Of a stretch of DNA of 64,000 bases, positions 56,754 through 64,000 are shown piece by piece. The stretch is from the IMG/VR virus record IMGVR_UViG_3300020536_000010, positions 1-64,000 of that record. One strand, 5' to 3'. The translations under genes and the position numbers were made by a program. Source of the stretch: a virus. Position 1 is the first letter of the stretch. The number at the start of each line of letters is the position of its first letter. Below the pieces are notes generated by a model. It had not been told where the DNA came from. It saw only the letters and a list, made by a program, of their open reading frames with translations, and made no database searches.

Positions 56754-57184
56754 TGGCAGATCGTGGAATTAAAAAAGTTGTGATTCCAAAGTCTACGCTA
56801 CCTAGTGTCACATTAGATAATAAATATTTTGTTAGATATAGGATAGTCTCTCAGGACAAAAATAGAGTTTCTGCGTGGTCACCAACATTTGAGCTAAATG
56901 CTATAACGCCTACGCCATTACTGGCATCCAATGTTACATACTCTATCAATAATAAATTAGTTAATATAGCCTGGATAGATCCAGAGCTAAGAAATAATTA
57001 CGATATTTTTATTAAATCTGATTCTGGTGCATATACCTATTATGGAACCGTAACTGGGCAAAGTTATAGCTTTTTAACTAATGCTACAACCTCTATACAG
57101 TTTGCCATCCAGATATCTAGTATTTCTAAGGAAAAAAGCGAGATCCTAGAAATCTATGAATCTAGCGTCATATCTTTGGTATAA
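56753..57184 (+). CDS. minor tail protein, FN3-like
   Basis: YFVRYRIVS...SAWSP. Confidence 0.55.
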   Translation: MADRGIKKVVIPKSTLPSVTLDNKYFVRYRIVSQDKNRVSAWSPTFELNAITPTPLLASNVTYSINNKLVNIAWIDPELRNNYDIFIKSDSGAYTYYGTVTGQSYSFLTNATTSIQFAIQISSISKEKSEILEIYESSVISLV

Positions 57185-57202
57185 TATTAGTTTAGGAGAA
57201 AA

Positions 57203-57655
57203 ATGCCAATTATTCCGATTCCAGAACGTGGTCAGCCACTAGACCTAAGCTATATTGCTACAATAGCCGAAACAGTAAATAACCTATCCAAAGAGCTATC
57301 ATACTCTTCAAAAAAATATGCATCGGTTGAAAGCCCAAGAGCATCTATTACAAGGCAAGATCTTAAAGTTACAGACATGAGGGTTGTAGCAGGGGCCTAC
57401 GATCTTGCTCAAAATTTTTCTGTAAACGCTGGTCAGAAGGTACAGTTTACTTATAACTTTGCAAGCTCAGACTTTAAATATCCACCAATTGTTACTGCAA
57501 CTCCAGAGGCTGTATCAGTAACAGATAGCGGAACGGACGTATCTGTAACAATTACATCAGTTACCTCATCCAGAGTTGATGGCGTTGTACGTTTTAATAC
57601 AAGCGGTACCGCTTCAATTCGTATAAATATTATTGCTATTGGACTTCCAAGCTAG
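57203..57655 (+). CDS. minor tail protein with H-type-lectin-like C-terminus
   Basis: FKYPPIVTAT...INIIAIG. Confidence 0.55.
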   Translation: MPIIPIPERGQPLDLSYIATIAETVNNLSKELSYSSKKYASVESPRASITRQDLKVTDMRVVAGAYDLAQNFSVNAGQKVQFTYNFASSDFKYPPIVTATPEAVSVTDSGTDVSVTITSVTSSRVDGVVRFNTSGTASIRINIIAIGLPS

Positions 57656-58195
57656 GTGATATCCATGCCATTAATGGATATGGAATCTTATAATAATGCA
57701 CCTGTAATTCCTGGGAATAAAAAAGTCTGGTTCTTAAATGGGGACTTGGTAAGAATTCATCATTTAAATAAATCTAATGGCATTATGTCAGTCTTCAATA
57801 TTATTAAAGATCAAATAGAAAGTTGCCTAATTTCTGATTTTAAGAAAAATAGAGAAAGAGCTTATACAGTTGGTCAAACTGCCCAGCTTGTAAATAGGCA
57901 TAAAAAGTACTTGCCAAATTTAATGAAACGTGGTATAATCCCATTTCCAACTGGCTCACAAAAAGGTGGGGCAACTGGATGGCAAGTACGAAGCTACTAC
58001 TCTGAATCACAGGTAAGGGAGATTCGTGATATACTGGCCTCCTACCATATGGGTAGACCAAGAAAAGATAAATTAATTACAAATGATATAACGCCTTCTC
58101 CACAGGAGTTGACACGGAGAATGGGCGATGGTATACTTACATATACCAAAACCGAAGATGGTAGATTTATACCAATTTGGTCAGAGTCTATATAG
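57656..58195 (+). CDS. MerR-like HTH DNA-binding protein
   Basis: YTVGQTAQLVNRH...RGIIP...RSYYSESQV. Confidence 0.65.
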   Translation: MISMPLMDMESYNNAPVIPGNKKVWFLNGDLVRIHHLNKSNGIMSVFNIIKDQIESCLISDFKKNRERAYTVGQTAQLVNRHKKYLPNLMKRGIIPFPTGSQKGGATGWQVRSYYSESQVREIRDILASYHMGRPRKDKLITNDITPSPQELTRRMGDGILTYTKTEDGRFIPIWSESI

Positions 58196-58202
58196 GAAGA
58201 AA

Positions 58203-58418
58203 ATGGGTATGAATAACGAAGACACTAAGGTTCGTGTAGCATTGGGCTATACGCTTAACCTAGGCAACTTTCAGTCTCTACGAATTGATGTAGAAGTTCA
58301 AGACAACAAGCGTGAAGGCGAAAACACCAATGACGCTTTTGAGCGGGTATATGCTTTTGTCGAAGATAAGTTAGCCGCCAAGGTCAAGGAAGCTGCTGCT
58401 GAGGTAGAGGCTAAGTAA
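58203..58418 (+). CDS. small hypothetical protein
   Basis: GYTLNLGNFQSLRID; first gene of replication block. Confidence 0.7.
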   Translation: MGMNNEDTKVRVALGYTLNLGNFQSLRIDVEVQDNKREGENTNDAFERVYAFVEDKLAAKVKEAAAEVEAK

Positions 58419-58733
58419 ATGGCTGATCGCAAAGACCAGATGGCTTTGCTCAGCAAGTTTGAAAAGCACTATAAGTTTAAGTATAATCAAAAACCAAACT
58501 TAAACAGATGGGCAGAGGCCTGGGCAGCAGATGCAATTATAGATTCTTACGGCATTCATATTTGCTATGAAATGCTAGAGTATTATTTTGATGTATCCCC
58601 AGCCCCAACATGGAAGAATTTTGCAGGCAATATAGGAAGCCTAATTGAAGCTAAGTCACGAATAGACGATGACAAAATTGAAAGAATTGAAAGAAGAAAG
58701 AAAGCGAAAGAGTGGTTAAGTGAAAATCAGTAA
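58419..58733 (+). CDS. hypothetical protein upstream of helicase
   Basis: Tightly packed ORF. Confidence 0.65.
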   Translation: MADRKDQMALLSKFEKHYKFKYNQKPNLNRWAEAWAADAIIDSYGIHICYEMLEYYFDVSPAPTWKNFAGNIGSLIEAKSRIDDDKIERIERRKKAKEWLSENQ

Positions 58734-58923
58734 AGCTAGGTCACTAGCCAAATCTATAACTTGGAGAATTATTGCCATTTTAAGCACCTTTGTGGTTGGA
58801 TACGTATTAACTGGTAGTGTAGACTTTGCTGCCTCACTGGCATTACTCTCAAATTTAATTAACTTTATTCTTTATTATTTTCACGAAAGACTTTGGCTTA
58901 GGGTTAGATGGGGTAGACAATGA
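58720..58923 (+). CDS. DUF2061-like small membrane protein
   Basis: RSLAKSITWR...YYFHERLW. Confidence 0.75.
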   Translation: MKISKARSLAKSITWRIIAILSTFVVGYVLTGSVDFAASLALLSNLINFILYYFHERLWLRVRWGRQ

Positions 58924-60140
58924 ATAGTGCAGAAGATAGACTAATTTCGGCAGTACTTGAAGACAAGCAGCTTCATGTTTTGCTACAGGCAGATGTAGAA
59001 AAGATACTTAGAACTCATAATGATATTTGGCAGTTTATTCGTAGATATGCTGAGATCAATGGGTCTGTTCCACCAAAGTCTATTGTTGTAGATAAGTTTA
59101 GAGATTTTTCTCCAGTAGAGGGTATTGGCACAACCAAGCATCACTTAGAAGAGCTTCAGGCAGAGTACCTTGAAAATAGCATTAAGGAAATCTTAGTTTC
59201 TGCAGCCACTGAAATTCAAAACGGCAGCAGTGCAAATGCCCTTGAATCATTAATTACAAAGACATCAGAACTTAAGAAAAATACTTCTGTAATTAGGGAT
59301 ATTGATGTGACTGACCTGCATTCAGCCATTGAATACTATAAGCAACTACAGCGAGAGCAGGAGCTAGGTTCTATTGGAATTAAAACTGGACTGCCAGGGT
59401 TTGACAATTACTTACCAGCTGGAATTACTCCAGGACAGCTAGGTGTATTTTTGGCCTATCCAGGCATAGGTAAATCTTGGTTAAGCCTTTATTTCGCCGT
59501 ACAGGCCTGGAAACAGGGCAAATCTCCGATGATCATAAGCCTTGAAATGGGCGAGGCAGAGGTTCGTAATCGTGTATATGCCATTATGGGTGAAGGGCTG
59601 TGGTCTCACAGAAAGCTTTCCAGTGGACAAGTTAATATAGATGATTTGACAAGATGGCACGAAAAACATCTTTCTGGTAAACCAGAGTTTCATATTATTT
59701 CTAATGATACTGGTGGAGAAATTACACCATCTGTTTTGCGTGGAAAAATAGATCAATACAGGCCAGACTTTGTTATTGTTGATTATCTGCAGCTAATGAG
59801 TCCCAATGCAAAGGCAGATAACGAAACGGTACGTATGAAGAACTTGTCTCGTGAACTAAAACTTATGGCTATATCAGAAGAAGTTCCAATTATTGCAATT
59901 TCTTCTGCCACGCCAGATGATGTTACTAAATTAGACACAGTCCCAACTCTTGGTCAAACAGCTTGGTCACGACAAATTGCTTACGACGCTGACTGGGTTT
60001 TGGCCCTAGGGCGTGGTGCTAACTCAGACGTTATTGAGTGCGTATTTAGAAAAAACCGTAATGGGTTTATGGGGGACTTTTTGGTTCAGGTTGATTTTGA
60101 TAAAGGCTGGTATAGATATAAAGATTTTGAGGATAAGTAG
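58920..60140 (+). CDS. dnaB: DnaB-like replicative helicase
   Basis: IKTG, AYPGIGKS Walker A, SLEM, IVDYLQLM, SRELK, DAD, KNRNG. Confidence 0.92.
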   Translation: MNSAEDRLISAVLEDKQLHVLLQADVEKILRTHNDIWQFIRRYAEINGSVPPKSIVVDKFRDFSPVEGIGTTKHHLEELQAEYLENSIKEILVSAATEIQNGSSANALESLITKTSELKKNTSVIRDIDVTDLHSAIEYYKQLQREQELGSIGIKTGLPGFDNYLPAGITPGQLGVFLAYPGIGKSWLSLYFAVQAWKQGKSPMIISLEMGEAEVRNRVYAIMGEGLWSHRKLSSGQVNIDDLTRWHEKHLSGKPEFHIISNDTGGEITPSVLRGKIDQYRPDFVIVDYLQLMSPNAKADNETVRMKNLSRELKLMAISEEVPIIAISSATPDDVTKLDTVPTLGQTAWSRQIAYDADWVLALGRGANSDVIECVFRKNRNGFMGDFLVQVDFDKGWYRYKDFEDK

Positions 60141-60153
60141 TTATAATTAATAC

Positions 60154-60480
60154 ATGCTTAACCTACACCATAAGGCAATTAAAAGATTTAGCCTGGATGG
60201 AAACATCCACGATGACTCTGCCATTGCCAGGCTTAAAAGTGAATACATAAAGCTATTAGTTGCAGAAATGAGGTTATCTGGGTATGTGCCAAGACTTGAC
60301 ATTAACCCCGATTTTACGCTAAGCTATAATGAAGAAAAAAGATATTTTGAGTTTAAGATAAGTTTATACGGAATTTATATAGGAAAGAAACAGAGTGAAT
60401 GGATACTAGGAATAGACGAGATAAGACCAATTTATATTCAAGAGAGCAAATCAAAAGAATTCTTGAGGGAGCAGGCCTAG
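60154..60480 (+). CDS. hypothetical protein
   Basis: Leaderless TATAAT; overlaps primase. Confidence 0.6.
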   Translation: MLNLHHKAIKRFSLDGNIHDDSAIARLKSEYIKLLVAEMRLSGYVPRLDINPDFTLSYNEEKRYFEFKISLYGIYIGKKQSEWILGIDEIRPIYIQESKSKEFLREQA

Positions 60481-61343
60481 ATATAGAGTCTGAGGTAGAT
60501 ACAGACTTTATTGTGTTTTGTCCATTTCACGCAAACAATCGTACCCCAGCTGGCGAAGTAGATAAAAATTCTGGCATATTCTTTTGTTTTTCCTGCCACC
60601 ACGTCTGTGATCTAGTAGAGCTTATAATGCATGTCTCTGGTAGAAAATATTTTGAAGCTGTTAGGTTTATCAAAAGTAAGGAGCAGCAATCTTCTGTACT
60701 AGATACTTTAAATAAAAAATTGATAGATGTCCCAGAATACACACAATTTGATCAAATACTGATTAAACGATTAAACACTCAGGCATTAGAATCTCCAAGA
60801 GCAATGAGATATTTTGAGGGCAGATTAATTAATGAAGCTTCTGTTAGAAAGTTTGCCCTGGGCTTTTCAGAAAAGCAAGACATGGTTACAATTCCAGTAC
60901 ATTCTCCAGATGGCATGGAAGTTGGATTTGTTGGAAGATCTATTGAAGGCAAAGACTTTAAAAATACACCAAAGCTGCCAAAGGCTAAAATTTTATTTAA
61001 TCTTCACAGGGTTAAATCATCCAAAAAGGTTTATGTAGTTGAGTCATCGTTTGATGCCATAAGGCTAGATCAATGCGGATTTCCAGCGGTGGCTACATTG
61101 GGGGCAAACGTCTCAAACTACCAAATAGACCTACTCAAAAAATACTTCAATAACATTTGCGTTATTGCAGACAATGATGAAGCAGGCGGTAATATGAAAG
61201 ACAAGATTATTGAACATCTTGGCTCTCGTACTATCGTAATAAATATAGATAAAAAATATAAAGATATAGGCGATATGACAGATGAGGCAATCAAATTAAT
61301 TGATGAATCGTTTGACAAATCTATTGCCACAATGCTAAAATAA
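60399..61343 (+). CDS. dnaG: DNA primase (CHC2 Zn finger + TOPRIM)
   Basis: CPFH...CFSC; VVESSFDA; ADNDEAG; KDIGD. Confidence 0.92.
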   Translation: MDTRNRRDKTNLYSREQIKRILEGAGLDIESEVDTDFIVFCPFHANNRTPAGEVDKNSGIFFCFSCHHVCDLVELIMHVSGRKYFEAVRFIKSKEQQSSVLDTLNKKLIDVPEYTQFDQILIKRLNTQALESPRAMRYFEGRLINEASVRKFALGFSEKQDMVTIPVHSPDGMEVGFVGRSIEGKDFKNTPKLPKAKILFNLHRVKSSKKVYVVESSFDAIRLDQCGFPAVATLGANVSNYQIDLLKKYFNNICVIADNDEAGGNMKDKIIEHLGSRTIVINIDKKYKDIGDMTDEAIKLIDESFDKSIATMLK

Positions 61344-61369
61344 GAAGCTAAAAATATAGGAGAATATAT

Positions 61370-62026
61370 ATGAGCGTAGTAAAAGGGCTAAAAAATATCA
61401 ATGCACTACTTGATAAGCCAAAGTATGATGAAAACAAGGCCAAGGTTCGTTGGCTAAAGCTTGCAGACGGACAGTCTGTAAAGATTCGCTTTATTGAGGA
61501 ACTAGATGAGGATAGCCCAAGCTATTCTGAAGACCGTGGTCTTGCTCTAGTTGTTAAGGAGCACACCAATCCAAAAGACTACAAGCGTAAGGCTGTAGAT
61601 ACTATGGATACAGAGGGTCGTGACTGGGCAGAAGAAATGCACCGCAAAGATCCAAAGGCTGGATGGAGAGCACGTCTTCGTTTTTATTGCAACGTGCTAG
61701 TTGATGATGGGCTAGAAGATCCATATGTTGCAATTTGGTCTATGGGTGTAAGCAAGCAGTCATCTTTTAATACTATCCGTGAGTATGCTCTTGAGACTGG
61801 AAGCATCTCTAATCTAACCTGGAAGCTAAAGCGTAACGGCCAGGGCACTGAGACAAGCTACACTCTCATTCCTTCGACTCCAGATAAGGAGCCGTTTGTG
61901 TGGAATGATGTTCGCCCATTCCCACTTGAGTCTGCCCTAAACAAGGTGCCTTATGCTGAGCAAGAGGCATTTTACCTAGGGTTTGACACACCATCTTCCA
62001 ATTCTAATTCGAATATGGATTGGTAA
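61370..62026 (+). CDS. single-stranded DNA-binding protein (gp32-like)
   Basis: LADGQSVKIRF, FYCNV, KRNGQGTETSY, C-terminal DW; replication context. Confidence 0.65.
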   Translation: MSVVKGLKNINALLDKPKYDENKAKVRWLKLADGQSVKIRFIEELDEDSPSYSEDRGLALVVKEHTNPKDYKRKAVDTMDTEGRDWAEEMHRKDPKAGWRARLRFYCNVLVDDGLEDPYVAIWSMGVSKQSSFNTIREYALETGSISNLTWKLKRNGQGTETSYTLIPSTPDKEPFVWNDVRPFPLESALNKVPYAEQEAFYLGFDTPSSNSNSNMDW

Positions 62027-62034
62027 GATAATCT

Positions 62035-64000
62035 ATGTCCTATGTTGGTCTGCATGTCCACACTCATTACAGTTTGTTTGACGGTATAGCTACTCCTTTG
62101 GAGTATATAGAACGTGCAAAAGAACTGGGTATGAATGCATTAGCAATTACTGACCATGGCTCCCTGTCTGGTCACAGAGAGTTCTTTAGAGCTGCTAATG
62201 AGAGTGGCATCAGGCCAATATTGGGTGTAGAAGCCTATATCACATCAGATAGATTTGATCAAAGAGATAATGAAGAAAGAAAAGGTCTTATAGACCTTGT
62301 TTATAACCACACAATTATTCTTGCTAAGAATCAGGATGGCCTAGAAAATTTAAATAAGCTTAATGAGATTGCTTGGACAGAGGGTTATTTTAAAAAACCA
62401 AGAATAGATTATGAAGTCCTAGAGAAATATTCTGAGGGACTTGTTGTTCTTTCAGGATGTCTATCTGGTGCACTGGCAAAGGCAATTGAGGCAGAAGAGC
62501 TAGCAGAAGCAAAAAGAATTATAGAGTGGCACAAGCGTGTGTTTAAAGATGACTATTATATTGAGGTAATGCCACACAATCCAGCTACAGTTAATAAGCA
62601 ATTATTAGAATTAGCAGACGAATTCGAAGTCAAGGCAGTTGTAACTCCAGACTGTCACCATGCACACACAGATCAAAAAGAGATACAAGAATTAAAGCTA
62701 ATCCTAAACACTTATGCAAATAAGATTACAAAAGATGCAACGTATGAAAAGTCACTAAAACATTCTAACTTAATGGATAGATTAGACTACCTATATGGTT
62801 CAGACAGGCAAATGTCTTTTAATAAATTTGAAATTCACCTACTTTCCGATGAAGAAATGCACAGAGAAATGGAAAAGCAGGGCATTGATAGGGAAGATAT
62901 CTATACCCATACTATAGAAATTGCAAATAAGGTAGAGGACTACGACATCAAAGACCACCTTGATCTGCTTCCAGTTCAGTATCAAAAACCAGATGAAGAG
63001 CTTAGAAAGTTAGCACTTGAAGGCCTTGAGGCCAGAGGAATAAAGGATAACCAAAAATATTTGGATAGGCTAGACGAAGAGCTAAAGGTAATTCGTGATA
63101 AAAAGTTTGGGCCATACTTCTTGGTTGTTCGTAATATGATTGCTTGGGCTAAAAAAGAAGGCATTATGGTTGGACCAGGCCGTGGATCTTCCGCTGGCTC
63201 ATTGCTGTGCTATGCGTTGGGAATAACTGATATTGATCCAATTAAATATGGCCTTCTTTTCTTCCGTTTTATTAATCCAGAACGTAATGACTTTCCAGAC
63301 ATCGACACTGATATCCAGGATTCACGCCGTGAAGAGGTAAAGGACTATCTTGTTAGGCAATATCGTCACGTAGCGTCTATTGCTACCTTCTTAGAATTTA
63401 AAGATAAGGGCGTGGTGCGTGATATTGCACGTGTTCTTAATATTCCATTATCAGATGTAAATAAAGTTATGAAAGTTGTAGATACCTGGGACGACTACTG
63501 TACGTCAAAACAGGCTGCCTGGTTTAGAGAGAAATATCCTGAGATTGAAAAGTATGGAGAGCAGCTTCGTGGTCGTATTAGAGGAACTGGTATTCACGCT
63601 GCTGGTGTTGTTACTTCTAAGCATCCAATTTTTAAGTATGCTCCAATGGAAACACGAACATCGCCAGGAAGTGGAGACAGGATTCCTGTAGTTGCAGTAG
63701 ACATGGAAGAGGCAGAACGCATTGGGTTAATTAAGATTGATGCCCTTGGTCTAAAGACCTTGTCTGTTCTGCGTGATACCCTTGACATCATTAAAGATAG
63801 AACTGGTCAAGATATCAACCTATTAGAAATTGATATGGAAGATCCAAAGGTATATGAAATGCTATCTTTTGGATACACCAAGGGAGTTTTTCAGTGTGAA
63901 GCTACACCATACACCAACTTGCTTGTAAAAATGGGAGTCAAGAGCTTTGCAGAGCTTGCAGCGTCTAACGCTTTGGTTAGACCAGGTGCAATGAATACTA
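62035..64000 (+). CDS. dnaE: DNA polymerase III alpha subunit (truncated by window edge)
   Basis: Not in ORF track; LHVHTHYSLFDG, AITDHG, GPGRGSSAGS, FPDIDTD, GIHAAG, IKIDALGL, RPG. Confidence 0.95.
   Translation, partial: MSYVGLHVHTHYSLFDGIATPLEYIERAKELGMNALAITDHGSLSGHREFFRAANESGIRPILGVEAYITSDRFDQRDNEERKGLIDLVYNHTIILAKNQDGLENLNKLNEIAWTEGYFKKPRIDYEVLEKYSEGLVVLSGCLSGALAKAIEAEELAEAKRIIEWHKRVFKDDYYIEVMPHNPATVNKQLLELADEFEVKAVVTPDCHHAHTDQKEIQELKLILNTYANKITKDATYEKSLKHSNLMDRLDYLYGSDRQMSFNKFEIHLLSDEEMHREMEKQGIDREDIYTHTIEIANKVEDYDIKDHLDLLPVQYQKPDEELRKLALEGLEARGIKDNQKYLDRLDEELKVIRDKKFGPYFLVVRNMIAWAKKEGIMVGPGRGSSAGSLLCYALGITDIDPIKYGLLFFRFINPERNDFPDIDTDIQDSRREEVKDYLVRQYRHVASIATFLEFKDKGVVRDIARVLNIPLSDVNKVMKVVDTWDDYCTSKQAAWFREKYPEIEKYGEQLRGRIRGTGIHAAGVVTSKHPIFKYAPMETRTSPGSGDRIPVVAVDMEEAERIGLIKIDALGLKTLSVLRDTLDIIKDRTGQDINLLEIDMEDPKVYEMLSFGYTKGVFQCEATPYTNLLVKMGVKSFAELAASNALVRPGAMNT

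Noticed and set aside
58920-64000. Inteins or introns in helicase, primase or DnaE
   Set aside because: Sizes and motif spacing look normal; no intein or homing endonuclease signatures in the visible part
1-64000. tRNA/rRNA genes, integrase, transposase
   Set aside because: None recognised by eye; a tRNAscan or Infernal run would be needed to exclude them formally

Overview
AT-rich 64-kb segment of a large tailed dsDNA phage with siphovirus-type gene order. The host is probably an Actinobacterium, inferred from a PASTA domain, secreted SLT and NlpC/P60 enzymes, many leaderless TGnTATAAT promoters and GACAC boxes. Layout: (1) 1-1.4 kb, small early-type genes, each behind a repeated composite promoter; (2) 1.5-27.7 kb, an accessory fibre/decoration region interleaved with about 11 2OG-Fe(II) oxygenase domains, a sulfotransferase, a methyltransferase fusion and an SDR; (3) 27.7-57.7 kb, portal, protease, capsid, neck, tail tube, two chaperones, a 2995-aa tape measure and tail-tip genes; (4) 57.7-64 kb, HTH protein, helicase, primase, SSB and DnaE (cut by the window edge). 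Best candidates for new biology: (a) two parallel cassettes of adaptor fibre, FN3 protein with Pro-Phe (PPFFP) repeats, then prolyl-hydroxylase-like enzymes, suggesting a phage-encoded virion-protein modification system; (b) a tape measure with a repeat-flanked cargo insert containing a DUF3626-like, possibly ADP-ribosyltransferase-fold domain; (c) tail chaperones G and GT encoded as duplicated genes instead of by frameshift; (d) a promoter-defined hairpin sRNA. All family calls come from motif recognition by eye; no searches were run.
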